64,000 nt of DNA from Dehalococcoidia bacterium (GTDB lineage: Bacteria; Chloroflexota; Dehalococcoidia; Plut-88900), in contig CBDBLV010000005.1 in NCBI GenBank assembly GCA_965207225.1, positions 1,088,001-1,152,000 on the forward strand, read 5' to 3'. Position numbers and translations under genes: made by a program. Under the pieces are notes generated by a model that worked only from the letters and a program-made list of their open reading frames with translations, did no database searches and was not told the DNA's origin. Positions 1-9,810 of the stretch are shown here, in pieces. How positions within the stretch are numbered: the first letter of the stretch is position 1; the number at the start of each line of letters is the position of its first letter.

Positions 1-360
1 GACGAGGTTGTGCGGTGGTACCGTGAGAGATGCGGGAAAGGCGAGGAGGTCCATAGTGTGCTGAAGGAGGACCTGGCGGGCGGGAGACTGCCGTCGGGAC
101 AGTTCGGAGCCAACGCAGCGTGGTGGGCGATAACGGTGCTGGCGTTCAACCTGAACTCGGCGGTCAAGCAGTTGGCGCTGGGTGATGAGTGGGTGACCAA
201 GCGGCTCAAGGCGGTGCGCTTCGCTCTGATCGACCTTGCCGGTCGAGTGGTCTACCATGCCAGGAAGCTGCTGATCCGACTGGCGCGAGGTCATCCATCG
301 TTCCCGCTGCTGGTCGGGGCACACCGGAGAATAGCGGCGCTGGCTCACGGCCCTCCCTGA
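1..360 (+). CDS. IS1380-family transposase, C-terminal part (runs in from window edge)
   Basis: YRERCGKGEEVHSVLKEDL...PSGQFGANAAW...LAFNL and LI.LAGRVVYHARKLLIRL are typical of the IS1380 DDE C-terminus. Confidence 0.8.
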   Translation, partial: DEVVRWYRERCGKGEEVHSVLKEDLAGGRLPSGQFGANAAWWAITVLAFNLNSAVKQLALGDEWVTKRLKAVRFALIDLAGRVVYHARKLLIRLARGHPSFPLLVGAHRRIAALAHGPP

Positions 361-615
361 ATCTGAGACGGTCCGCGCCACAGCCTATCGGTCAAGCGAC
401 GTGGATAACCGTCGTAGGGACGCTGCGTCCTCCTACGAGGCCAAACGGCTCAAAATCGACGCAAAACATCGTAAAGCAGCACCCCAAGACCCTCATACGT
501 CCACCATCGGCCCCGCCAAACCACTGCTAACCCTGTCAGTAGCCAATCGACGCCCCCACCGGCCCAACCGAAAGGTCAGAAAATCAGATTCCTACCTTTA
601 GGCGGTGGATTTGGG
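1..615 (+). mobile_element. Right part of IS1380-family element
   Basis: Transposase, then non-coding tail ending GGCGGTGGATTTGGG at about 615, where host amidohydrolase coding sequence abruptly begins. Confidence 0.65.
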
Positions 616-685
616 GGGGCTCCAGGTTCTCGACCCACAGGTCTGGGGGTTCGAGGATGTGGCCGTCTATGTCCACGAACTTCAT
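616..685 (-). pseudogene. 5' fragment of amidohydrolase gene interrupted by the IS1380 element
   Basis: Minus strand reads MKFVDIDGHILEPPDLWVENLEP after a GGAGG RBS; closely matches the N-termini of the amidohydrolases at 28500-32089. Confidence 0.8.
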
Positions 686-786
686 TGTTGAGCCTCCTTG
701 CGGCAGGTGCGTTGTCGGGGCGCGGTGGACATTATATCCCCGCCTACGGAAAGGAGATTAGCGGAAGGCTGGGAATGGTAGGAGGC

Positions 787-862
787 TGGTGCCCCTGGGG
801 TGACTCGAACACCCGACACGCGGTTTAGGAAACCGCTGCTCTATCCTCTGAGCTACAGGGGC
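787..862 (-). tRNA. tRNA-Arg(CCT)
   Basis: Reverse complement GCCCCTGTAGCTCAGAGGATAGAGCAGCGGTTTCCTAAACCGCGTGTCGGGTGTTCGAGTCACCCCAGGGGCACCA forms a cloverleaf with anticodon CCT and encoded CCA. Confidence 0.96.
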
Positions 863-943
863 CCGGAGGGGATTATAAATCCAAATGGCCGGTCTTGCGG
901 CCCCAACGCTGATGTGGCCGCCACCTTGACAGCGGTCTCTCCC

Positions 944-1690
944 CTAGTTCATCAAAGGCGCGACGCTGAATATGACGGAGAAGGGTTTGCAGTAGATTAT
1001 CACGCTCATCTGGGCGTCCACGTTGACGTCGGCGGGAATTTCGTAGTTCTGGTTACCGATGTTCCCTTTCAGCCTGCCCAAATCGTGGTAGCCGTTGTCC
1101 TTGATCTCGCTGACCTCCATAGGGTCTTCGTGGACAGCGAGGAGGACGTGGAGTCGGGGGCCATTAGTCACGTCCAGGTTTTCCAGCCTGAGCAGGTGAG
1201 ACCCGTCCGGGCCACGGTAGATGCTGGCCTGGCCACTGCCCCTATGGAAGCTGTCGGCGTCCCGGAAGTTGCCTTCCTTCAGCTTGACGGCCTCGCCGGT
1301 CTCCTCTTCGTCCATCATCGTCTCGGGCATGGCCTCCATCATGGGTTCGTCATCCATGGCCGCCACGACGGCCATGGTCATCTCGATGTCTTCCATCTCC
1401 ATGCCCTCGGGCACTACGGCCGTGTAGGCGAAGGGGAACTCTTCTTCGACCGTCTCGTCGATGAACAGGGGGGAGCCGAGGCCCCAGGCGAGGAACCCGA
1501 AGACTATCAGGAAGGGCGTGGCGATGATTGCGGTGAGCTTTCTGCGTCTCCACAGCGCCAAATGGACCTCGCGTCTGTAGGCGTAGTAGGTAGCCGCTGC
1601 GCCTAATACCAGGATTGCTGCCAGGATCGGCCAGCGCCACGGATACAAGTCGGCTGCGATTCTTTCGAGGGTCCCAAAAAATTCCGCCAT
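944..1690 (-). CDS. DM13 domain membrane protein
   Basis: Two N-terminal TM helices; GSG.A..., LRLENLDVTNGPRLHVLL, DLGRLKGNIGNQNYEIP, V.IYCKPFSVIF are DM13 motifs. Confidence 0.85.
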   Translation of the reverse strand: MAEFFGTLERIAADLYPWRWPILAAILVLGAAATYYAYRREVHLALWRRRKLTAIIATPFLIVFGFLAWGLGSPLFIDETVEEEFPFAYTAVVPEGMEMEDIEMTMAVVAAMDDEPMMEAMPETMMDEEETGEAVKLKEGNFRDADSFHRGSGQASIYRGPDGSHLLRLENLDVTNGPRLHVLLAVHEDPMEVSEIKDNGYHDLGRLKGNIGNQNYEIPADVNVDAQMSVIIYCKPFSVIFSVAPLMN

Positions 1691-1783
1691 GTCACCATTC
1701 CTCCCTTATGCTCATGGGCCCCGGGCCAAGGCAAGCGAGTCCCCGGTCCTAGATATTTGACGGGACTGAGTTTGTTTGAGGCT

Positions 1784-2470
1784 TTACCGGATGGCTCCCC
1801 AGGAGTTCCAGTAGATCATCTGGCGGGCCGGGAGCCGCTTGGCAGGCCGGAACCCCTCGCCGGTATAGTAGGCCACGGGTAGAAGGACGGCCTGGGTCAC
1901 GTTGTTCGGGATGCCCAGGAGGTCGGCCACTTCTTTTTCGTTGGGAAGGTGGAGGGTGGTCCATGCGGCTCCCAGGCCTCTGGCCCTCAGTGCGAGCATC
2001 AGGGACCAGGCCGCCGGCAGTATGGAGCCATACATGCTGGCCTGCGCGGTTACGCCTTCGTTCTCCACGCGGCCATCGCAGCAGGCGATGACCAGGGCAG
2101 GGGCGCGGTGCATGTTCTCAGCGAGGTACGTAGCGGAGTCCCGGATAAGGGGCGCGCGTTGGGCTCTCGGGTCGTCGGGGGCGTAAGCCGGCGGGTCCTC
2201 GTCCCTCATTTCGCGGTAGGGGAAGTAACCCCTCTTGTAGCAGTCACCGACCACCCTTTTTTTCTCAGGATCGGTGACGACCATGAAGTGCCAGTGCTGC
2301 TGGTTGGAACCCGTGGGCGCCTGCATGGCAATCTCGATACATTTTTCGAGGACATCCGGTTCAACTTCCCTGTCGAAATCCAGTCTCTTCCTTACCGTCC
2401 TGGTCGTAGTAAGCAATCGGTCCGCTGCCGCAACGTCTATGTCCAACGCTTTGCCTCCGGTTACTGTCAC
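1784..2470 (-). CDS. Nitroreductase family protein
   Basis: TTTRTVRKRLD, QAPTGSNQQHWHF, SILPAAWSLMLALRARGLGAAWTT. Confidence 0.9.
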   Translation of the reverse strand: MTVTGGKALDIDVAAADRLLTTTRTVRKRLDFDREVEPDVLEKCIEIAMQAPTGSNQQHWHFMVVTDPEKKRVVGDCYKRGYFPYREMRDEDPPAYAPDDPRAQRAPLIRDSATYLAENMHRAPALVIACCDGRVENEGVTAQASMYGSILPAAWSLMLALRARGLGAAWTTLHLPNEKEVADLLGIPNNVTQAVLLPVAYYTGEGFRPAKRLPARQMIYWNSWGAIR

Positions 2471-2568
2471 AGCTTGATTTGGGCGCGTGCCCTAAACCTA
2501 GTATAACTCGCTGCTCTGATATAATCGGGCAGTCCCCGAAGGCGGCCGTATCGTAAAGGAGGCTCACC

Positions 2569-3819
2569 TTGGCTCCCCAGGCAAAAATGCTTCACCAGAA
2601 AGACCTTGTCGGCACCCAGGTTGTGGACTTTGAGGCCAGAGTGGACGTGGGCCGGCTGCGCCAGGACCGGCTGCACAGGCTCCAGACCGAAATGGCTGCC
2701 GCAGATATCGAGGCCGTACTGCTATTCGATCCGGTGAATATACGGTATGCAATCGGGACCCGGATGAACGAGACCTTCGCCCTCAGGTTCAAGGGCACCC
2801 ACGCCCTCATCCCCCAGGAGGGCCGACCCGTATTCTTCGACTCCAATGAGGTCCAAGCACAAACGCTTGCTGATAGTAGCGAGGTGGTGCCTGCAGAAAT
2901 GGTCGAGTTCTGGCTTTTGGGGGACTACACGAGGGACAGAACCGCCCGGTGGGCGCAGTTGCTGAAAGACACGCTCACGTCTCTGGGCATCTCCTCCAAC
3001 CGGCTGGGAATCGACAGGCTGGACGCTTTCACCATCAATGCGCTTTTGGACAAGGGTTTTGCGCTGGTTGACGCGCTGGAGCCGCTGTCTCGGGCGCGGG
3101 CTATCAAGACCCCGGATGAGATCACCTTGATCCGTCAGGCATGTGCGATCGGCGACGTGGGCCTGGCGAAGGTCCAGGAGGCCATCAGGCCCGGCATCAC
3201 CGAGAACGATCTGTTCGCAGTTCTCCAGGGCTACAACCTGTCCAAGGGAGGGGAGCGGATAGATGGCAAGCTGCTTACCGCAGGGGGCAACACCAATCCG
3301 TGGATCAAGAGGGATGCCTCGGACCGGCTGGTTTTGCCGGGCAACCTGGTCGCAATAGACACGGATATGGCCGGGCCCATGGGCTACTTCGCAGATATCT
3401 CCAGGACGTACCTGTGCGGAGATGGAAACCCCAACGAAGAGCAGATGGACGCGTACAAGAGGGCCTACGACTACATCTATTCCACCATTCCCTATTTCGT
3501 TCCGGGGGCTTCATTCGTAGAGGTTGCGGAGAAGGCACCGACCATGCCGCCGGAGTACAACCGGAACCGCTATCCCCTGATGGCCCACGGAGCGGGTATG
3601 TCGGACGAATGGCCGGCGATCTACTTCAAGGACCCACGTCCCGACGAACCACGAAACTATGACGGCGAGATCAAGGAGAACATGGTCATTTGCATGGAGG
3701 CCAGCTTCGGGAGGGAGAGCGGCTCCGAACAGGTGAAGCTGGAGGAACAGCTCTTGATCAAGGCGGACGGCCCGGAGATCATCTCCCAGGCGCCCTTCGA
3801 CTGGCGTTTCATGAACTAA
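2569..3819 (+). CDS. M24 (Xaa-Pro peptidase fold) enzyme, DddP-like, copy 1
   Basis: DTDMAGPMGYFADISRT, AHGAGMSDEWP, CME...KLEEQ metal-ligand motifs; AAGGAGG RBS before TTG. Confidence 0.85.
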   Translation: MAPQAKMLHQKDLVGTQVVDFEARVDVGRLRQDRLHRLQTEMAAADIEAVLLFDPVNIRYAIGTRMNETFALRFKGTHALIPQEGRPVFFDSNEVQAQTLADSSEVVPAEMVEFWLLGDYTRDRTARWAQLLKDTLTSLGISSNRLGIDRLDAFTINALLDKGFALVDALEPLSRARAIKTPDEITLIRQACAIGDVGLAKVQEAIRPGITENDLFAVLQGYNLSKGGERIDGKLLTAGGNTNPWIKRDASDRLVLPGNLVAIDTDMAGPMGYFADISRTYLCGDGNPNEEQMDAYKRAYDYIYSTIPYFVPGASFVEVAEKAPTMPPEYNRNRYPLMAHGAGMSDEWPAIYFKDPRPDEPRNYDGEIKENMVICMEASFGRESGSEQVKLEEQLLIKADGPEIISQAPFDWRFMN

Positions 3820-3857
3820 GCAGCAGAGGTCCCGCTTCCCGATCCCGGAGGTTGAAC

Positions 3858-5111
3858 ATGGCGCCCAAGCAGTTTCACGAAAAGGACGTTACGGGTCGGC
3901 AGGTCGTCGATTTTGAGGAGAGAATCGACGTCAAGCGAATGCGCCGGGACCGCATCGCCCGGCTGCAGGCCGAAATAGCCAAGGCAGACCTCGGTGCAAT
4001 CCTGCTGTGGGACCCGGTCAATATGCGCTATGCCACAGGGACACGGCTGATGGAGAGCTTCATGCTCCGCCACAAGAACAAGTCGGTGCTCGTGCCCCGG
4101 GAGGGCAAGCCCATCATATTCCAGCCCAGCCGCCTGGATTCGGCCGTGGTTGATGATGAGATCGAGCTGCGCTGGATAAACACCTTCGAGTTCTGGCAGT
4201 TGGGCACCTACACGCCGGAAGCCACCAGGAGATGGGCTGCGGAATTCAAGACCGTGCTCGAAGAGCTGGGGATCGCGGGGGAGAAGCTGGGGATAGACCG
4301 CATGGACCCCGACAGTGTCCTTGCTCTCACGGAACTGGGGATCCGGGTGGAGGGGGCGCTTGCGCCGGTGGGCTGGGCGAGGGCGATCAAGACTCCCGAC
4401 GAAATAGCCGCCATACGCCAGGCCTGCGCCATTGCAGACGTGGCGGTGTCGAGGGTCAGGGACGCCATAGAGCCAGGTGTCACCGAGAACAAACTGTACT
4501 CCATCATGTCGGGGACCAACCTGGAATACGGGGGAGAGCGGATAGACGGCAAGCTGCTGGCCTCGGGAGGGAATACGAACCCCTGGCTGCACAGGGAGGC
4601 AACGGAAAGGGTGGTGCTTCCCGGCAATCTGGTGGCAATGGACACGGACATGGCCGGGCCACTAGGCTATTTCGCCGACATCTCCCGCACCTACCTATGC
4701 GGCGACGTGCAGCCCAACGAAGAGCAGCTTGACGCCTACAAGCGCGCCTATGAGTTTGTTCAGACGGGAATCCCCAAGTTCGTACCGGGCGCTGCATTCA
4801 AGGACATCGCCAACTCGATGCCCGAAGTGCCGGACGAGTACAAGCGCAACCGCTACGTGGTGTTGGCCCACGGGGCGGGGATGTCCGACGAATGGCCGGC
4901 CCTGTATTTCCCAGACATGGACGACACCGGATTCGGCAATGACGTGGGTGAGGTGCAGGAGAACATGGTGATCTGCATGGAGGCTAGCTTCGGTCGGGAG
5001 AACGGGACGGAACAGGTGAAGCTGGAAGAGCAGCTGCTCATCACCAAGGACGGGCCGCAGGTCATGTCCCAGGCCCCCTACGACTGGCGCCTGGTCCCCA
5101 CCGAGGTCTAA
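3858..5111 (+). CDS. M24 enzyme, DddP-like, copy 2
   Basis: Tandem paralog of 2569-3819; start placed at ATG 3858 after GGAGG. Confidence 0.85.
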   Translation: MAPKQFHEKDVTGRQVVDFEERIDVKRMRRDRIARLQAEIAKADLGAILLWDPVNMRYATGTRLMESFMLRHKNKSVLVPREGKPIIFQPSRLDSAVVDDEIELRWINTFEFWQLGTYTPEATRRWAAEFKTVLEELGIAGEKLGIDRMDPDSVLALTELGIRVEGALAPVGWARAIKTPDEIAAIRQACAIADVAVSRVRDAIEPGVTENKLYSIMSGTNLEYGGERIDGKLLASGGNTNPWLHREATERVVLPGNLVAMDTDMAGPLGYFADISRTYLCGDVQPNEEQLDAYKRAYEFVQTGIPKFVPGAAFKDIANSMPEVPDEYKRNRYVVLAHGAGMSDEWPALYFPDMDDTGFGNDVGEVQENMVICMEASFGRENGTEQVKLEEQLLITKDGPQVMSQAPYDWRLVPTEV

Positions 5112-5136
5112 CTCCCACCACCCCCAGTTACCCACC

Positions 5137-6096
5137 ATGACTAGACCCACCCTCCAGGATATCTACCGCGCACGCGACCTGCTCTCCAAGTACATGTCCC
5201 CGACTCCCCTGCACCACTACCCGGGCCTTGACGCGATACTGGGCTGTGAGACATACGTGAAGCATGAGAACCACACGAGGCTCGGGGCATTCAAGATCAG
5301 GGGATCGCTGAATATCATGTCGCTGCTCTCCCCGGAACAGAAGGAGCGGGGGGTGGTGCTTGCTTCTTCGGGGAACTTTGGCCAGGGGATGGCGTATGCG
5401 GGGCAGATATTCGGGGCCAGAGTGATAGTAGTGCTGCCGGAGAACCCCAATCCGTCGAAGATGGAGGCGATAAAGGCCTTTGGGGCGGAAGTGGTGCTGA
5501 GCGACACGGTGTATGACTCGGACCCCGCGGCCATCCGGGAGATCGTGGATGGGCGAGGCTGCCAGTACGTGAGCGACTCCACCGACGCCCGGTTCATGGC
5601 CGGCAGCGGCACCATAATGCTGGAGATCCTCGACCAGCTTCCGGACGTGGACGTGGTAATCTTTCCGGTCGGGGGTGGGGGGTTGGCGTCGGCTGTGTCC
5701 ATCGCGGCGAAGGGTCTCAAGCCGGACACCGAGGTCATCGGTGTGTGCAGCGCCCAGGCCGCTTCGCCCTACCTGTCATGGAAGAAGGGCGAACTGGTCG
5801 ACTCCACCATGACGACCTTCGCAGAGGGTATCGGGGTCAAGGTGACCGAGGAGATCCCGTTCCGGATCATGAGCGAACTGATGGACGATTTCGTAGCGGT
5901 TGAAGATGACGAGATACGCAGGGCTATAGTCCTTATGCTGGAAAAGACCCATAACCTGGCTGAGGGCGCGGGCGCCGTGCCCCTTGCAGCAGCGCTAAAG
6001 CTGAGGGACCGTCTAAAAGGGAATAAGGTCGTGCTTATTCAGTCGGGAGGCAATGCGTCATTAGAGGAACTGAAGACATCGCTTGGTGCTACTTAA
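5137..6096 (+). CDS. PLP-dependent threonine/serine dehydratase-like protein
   Basis: KHENHTRLGAFKIRG, SSGNFGQ, PVGGGG, AEGAGA, QSGGN. Confidence 0.9.
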   Translation: MTRPTLQDIYRARDLLSKYMSPTPLHHYPGLDAILGCETYVKHENHTRLGAFKIRGSLNIMSLLSPEQKERGVVLASSGNFGQGMAYAGQIFGARVIVVLPENPNPSKMEAIKAFGAEVVLSDTVYDSDPAAIREIVDGRGCQYVSDSTDARFMAGSGTIMLEILDQLPDVDVVIFPVGGGGLASAVSIAAKGLKPDTEVIGVCSAQAASPYLSWKKGELVDSTMTTFAEGIGVKVTEEIPFRIMSELMDDFVAVEDDEIRRAIVLMLEKTHNLAEGAGAVPLAAALKLRDRLKGNKVVLIQSGGNASLEELKTSLGAT

Positions 6097-7056
6097 TGAA
6101 ATACTCCACCGATATCCAGGCAATCACTAAGGCTCACGGGTTGCTGAAGAGGTATATGAGCCCGACGCCTCTGCACCACTACCCGGGGCTGGATGCTCTG
6201 CTGGGGTCAGAGACCTACGTCAAGCATGAGAACCACACGGCTATCGGGTCGTTCAAGATCAGGGGCGGCCTGAATGCCATAGCGAACCTGAGCCCCGAGC
6301 AGCTTAAGAAGGGCGTGGCCGTCGCATCCACGGGAAACTTCGGACAGTCGGTGGCGTATGCCAGCCAGCTATTCGGGTGCCATGCAACGATTGCCCTGCC
6401 TTCGAATCCGAACCCAGGCAAGGCGGAGGCGATCCGAAACTTCGGGGCGGAGCTAATGACCTATGGGGCAGACTACGATGAGGCCCGGGACCACCTGCAG
6501 ACCATAGCCGAGGAGAAGGGTTACCGGCTGTTCAATGATGCCGAGGACCATGACTTTGTGTCGGGGCTGGGGACGTGCATGGTGGAGATCCTGGAAGACC
6601 TTCCGGATGCCGAGGTGGTGATAGTGCCCATAGGCGGGGGCAGGCTTCGCGTCCAGCCTTTGCATAGCGGGCAAGGCTATCAAGCCCGAGCTGGAGATCA
6701 TCGGCGTATCCTCGGAAGCTTCCTTGTCACCGTATCTGTCATGGAAGGAAGGGCGTCTTGTCGAATCTCCAACTACCACCTTTGCGGAGGGGATCTCCGT
6801 GCGGGTGTCATTTGAGGGGTCTCAGGCCGTGATAAGGGACCTGCTGGACGACTACATACTGGTCTCGGAGGACGACATACGCCGGGCGGTGGTGCAGATG
6901 CTGGAGAAGACACACAACCTGGCGGAGGGTGCGGGGGCTGCGCCTTTAGCGGCGGCGCAGGCTTTGAGGGAAAGGATAAAGGGTCGGAAGACGGTGCTGA
7001 TACTTAGCGGGGGCAACCTCTCGCTTACGCATTTGAGGGAGTGTTTGGCGCTGTAA
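6096..7056 (+). pseudogene. Second threonine dehydratase-like gene, frameshifted at G-run 6636-6640 (real or sequencing error)
   Basis: ORFs 6096-6815 and 6724-7056 are the N- and C-halves of a paralog; removing one G restores PIGGAGFASSLCIAGKAIKPELEIIGVSSE. Confidence 0.8.
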
Positions 7057-7137
7057 GCCGTTTGCCCATCCCTTTAGGATGCCTCCGTGCGATCTGGGAC
7101 TGCCTATACAGCATCGACCTGAAGGCGCGACGCCCCT

Positions 7138-7170
7138 CCGCTCATACTTCGAGGGCCTCAGCACGAGCGG
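7138..7170 (+). repeat. Palindromic repeat family B (CCGCTC..CTTCGA..CTCAG..GAGCGG), representative copy
   Basis: Related copies at about 10110, 11828, 22290, 23461, 24771, 24924, 28410, 32915, 40572, 61518. Confidence 0.9.
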
Positions 7171-7253
7171 CCCCACTCCCCTCGGGCGCTGCCTGAGGGA
7201 CGACAACTGGATGAGCGAGAGGATTGAGGTCCGCCCACTGATATAATTCGGTC

Positions 7254-7790
7254 ATGCCCAAGACACCCCCCATGTACACGGGATTCGGAGACGGCGGCCA
7301 GACGGGGCTGCTTTACGGCGGCCGGGTATCCAAGGCCGACCCTCGATGCGAGGCGTACGGAGCGCTGGACGAGGCTGTATCGGCGATGGGGCTCGGGCGG
7401 GCGCTGTCTGCCAAGGAGGACGTGAGGGAGATACTTCTGGGGCTGCAGAAGGAGGCGTTCACGGTCGGGGGGGAGATTGCGATAGACACGGAGTTCTACC
7501 CGAAGTTCCTGCAGCACTTCCAGAAGGTCACTGCCGAAATGGTGGACAAGCTGGAGGAGACGACCGACACACTGACCGAGAAGATCGAGCCGCCGCGGGA
7601 GTTCATCATGCCAGGGGGGTCGGGTGCGGGGGCAGCGATAGACCTGGCCCGGTCGACGGTGCGCCGGGCGGAGAGGCGGACGGTCGAGCTCATGGACTCG
7701 GGGCTGCTGACGAATACGGAGATACCGCGCTACCTGAACCGGCTGAGCTCTCTGCTGTTCGTACTGGCTCGGTACGAGGAGACGACCTAG
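7254..7790 (+). CDS. pduO: PduO-type cob(I)alamin adenosyltransferase
   Basis: YTGFGDGGQT, RVSK, YGALDE, ARSTVRRAER, YLNRLSSLLFVLAR; TATAAT lies 6 nt before ATG (possibly leaderless). Confidence 0.9.
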   Translation: MPKTPPMYTGFGDGGQTGLLYGGRVSKADPRCEAYGALDEAVSAMGLGRALSAKEDVREILLGLQKEAFTVGGEIAIDTEFYPKFLQHFQKVTAEMVDKLEETTDTLTEKIEPPREFIMPGGSGAGAAIDLARSTVRRAERRTVELMDSGLLTNTEIPRYLNRLSSLLFVLARYEETT

Positions 7791-8749
7791 GCCAGCCCCC
7801 CGATCCTCGACAGGAGCATTTCGATGAAGCGCTCACCGTCCACGCCGGACGCTACCCGGCAGTTGGGCTCGATTCCCACGTTTGCCGGAGGCCGGTAGGG
7901 GACGGTCATTCCTCTTGTCAGGCCTTCCTTGACTTCAACATGGATGCGACGGGGGGCGTCGGTCATCAGGGAAGGGTCGATCACAACTGCGGTGGCCATG
8001 GGGTCGTGCATGTAGGTGCCGTCGAAGCCGCTCTGGGCCTGGGTGAAGTCCATGTAGAACTGGCAGCAGTCGAAGGCGAACCGGCCGGCCCTGCCGCCCT
8101 TGTCGACGAACCACTCCCGGGCAGCGCTTCTCATCAGGCCGATGCCGTGGGTAGCGTCGGTGGGGACGAAGGTAAGGGGGATGCCGGACTCGAGGAGGAC
8201 GTAGAGGGCTTCGGGGTCTACGTAGGTGTTGAACTCGGCGGCAAAGAGGGGCTCGATGTTGCCGGGGGCGTCGACGGCACCGCCCATGATGACGATCTCT
8301 GCGGCCTGGGACATCTTGTCGGGGAACTGCCGGATGGCCAGGGCAACGTTTGTGACGGGGCCGGTGGCGACTATGGTTACCTCGCCCGGCTTCTCGGCGG
8401 CCATGTCAGCGAGGGCTTGGACGGCGTGCGTGTCGGACAGGAGGTCCCAGTCGAGGCCAGGGTAGTAGTCGTCGCCCAAGTCGCCAAGACCATCCTCGCC
8501 GTGGACCGCGGCGGCCATGTAGAGCTCCTTGACCAGGGGCGCCGACTCACCCTTGAACACGGGAGGCCTCTTTCCTTCCTGCACGAAGGAGAGGATACGC
8601 AGGACGTTCCTGGTGCAGTTGTCAACATGGGCGTTGCCGCTGACCGTGGTGATCCCGATCACATCCACCTCGGGAGAGGCGAGGGCAAGGAGAATGGCGA
8701 GGGCGTCGTCGACGCCGGCGTCAACGTCGAGGATGATGGGTCTAGGCAT
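7787..8749 (-). CDS. Nucleoside hydrolase (IU-NH family)
   Basis: DVDAGVDDA, VHGEDGLG, TGPVTNVA, AEFN, MHDPMA. Confidence 0.92.
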   Translation of the reverse strand: MPRPIILDVDAGVDDALAILLALASPEVDVIGITTVSGNAHVDNCTRNVLRILSFVQEGKRPPVFKGESAPLVKELYMAAAVHGEDGLGDLGDDYYPGLDWDLLSDTHAVQALADMAAEKPGEVTIVATGPVTNVALAIRQFPDKMSQAAEIVIMGGAVDAPGNIEPLFAAEFNTYVDPEALYVLLESGIPLTFVPTDATHGIGLMRSAAREWFVDKGGRAGRFAFDCCQFYMDFTQAQSGFDGTYMHDPMATAVVIDPSLMTDAPRRIHVEVKEGLTRGMTVPYRPPANVGIEPNCRVASGVDGERFIEMLLSRIGGLA

Positions 8750-8835
8750 TGGAAGCACCTCCAATTGCGGGGCTATGCGGGCCTCGGTTGGGGTATATTG
8801 TGCGGGTCCGAGCCCCAGTAAAGGAGCATCTTAAC

Positions 8836-9747
8836 ATCAAGCCTATAGTCGTAGCCGGGGGCATCAACATGGACCTGATAGCCACGGCGGAGAGAATGCC
8901 CCGGCCGGGCGAGACGGTGTTCGCCTCGGGGCTGACGCGGGTGGCGGGGGGCAAGGGGCTGAACCAGGCGGTTGCAGCAAGGCGTCTCGGGTGTGCGTCA
9001 GTGTACATGCTCGGGAGCGTGGGGGAAGACCCGTTCGGTGAGGAGCTGCTGGAGTTCATGGGGGAGGAGGGCATCGGGGCGGTGGGGGTGGGTCGGGCGG
9101 ATGTTCCGACGGGGATGGCTCTCATCACGGTTGATGAGCAGGCGGAGAACACGATCGTGGTAGCGGTGGGGGCTAACTCCCGGCTGTCTGCCGGGGACGT
9201 GGACTCGCAGTCCGGCATTATCGAAGGTGCGGGTGTCGCTTTAGCACAGCTTGAAGTGCACATCGAGGCTGTACAGAGGTTCCTGTCGATTGCCAGAGGG
9301 GCAGGCGTCACGACCATCCTGAACGCTGCTCCGGCGCTGCCCCTGCCCGATGCCCTGCTATCACTGGTGGGCATACTGTGCCTGAACGAGACGGAGCTGG
9401 CGGAGATGTCGGGCCTTGCCGAGACTCCGGAGGAACGTGAGAGCATCGCGGCGGCGGCCCGCGGGCTGGTGGCGAGGGGAGCGGGATGCGCGATAGTGAC
9501 GCTGGGTAAGGGGGGCGCTCTGGTTGTCACTGCGGATGGGGACACCCTGCACCCGGGCGTCGAGGTGGAGGCGGTGGACCCGACGGGAGCCGGAGACTGC
9601 TTTCTCGGGGGGCTGGCGGCGAGGCTGAGCGAAGGGGCGTCGCTAGCGGAGGCGGTGGAATTTGCGAACAGGGCAGCGGCGGTGTCGGTGCAGAGGACGG
9701 GGGCGAGCTCTTCGATTCCGTATCGGGGTGAGGTGGGAGGGGTGTAG
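8836..9747 (+). CDS. rbsK: Ribokinase (start uncertain)
   Basis: GGINMDL, GGKGLNQAVAA, LNAAPA, NETE, DPTGAGDCF; divergent from the nucleoside hydrolase. Confidence 0.88.
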   Translation: MKPIVVAGGINMDLIATAERMPRPGETVFASGLTRVAGGKGLNQAVAARRLGCASVYMLGSVGEDPFGEELLEFMGEEGIGAVGVGRADVPTGMALITVDEQAENTIVVAVGANSRLSAGDVDSQSGIIEGAGVALAQLEVHIEAVQRFLSIARGAGVTTILNAAPALPLPDALLSLVGILCLNETELAEMSGLAETPEERESIAAAARGLVARGAGCAIVTLGKGGALVVTADGDTLHPGVEVEAVDPTGAGDCFLGGLAARLSEGASLAEAVEFANRAAAVSVQRTGASSSIPYRGEVGGV

Positions 9748-9810
9748 GATGTTCGATTGTTTTGGGGTTTCAGGCACGGCTTTGATTGTTTAAGGAGCGG
9801 GATAGGAACA

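Noticed and set aside
787-862. Genomic island integrated at tRNA-Arg
   Set aside because: No integrase and no duplicated tRNA 3' end seen within the window
800-1606. Long antisense and alternate-frame ORFs (also 7346-8821, 8742-9989, 14794-15975, 18407-19534, 30872-32104, 47069-48319, 51080-52276)
   Set aside because: Shadow ORFs of high-GC genes with no recognisable motifs, overlapping well-supported CDSs or the tRNA
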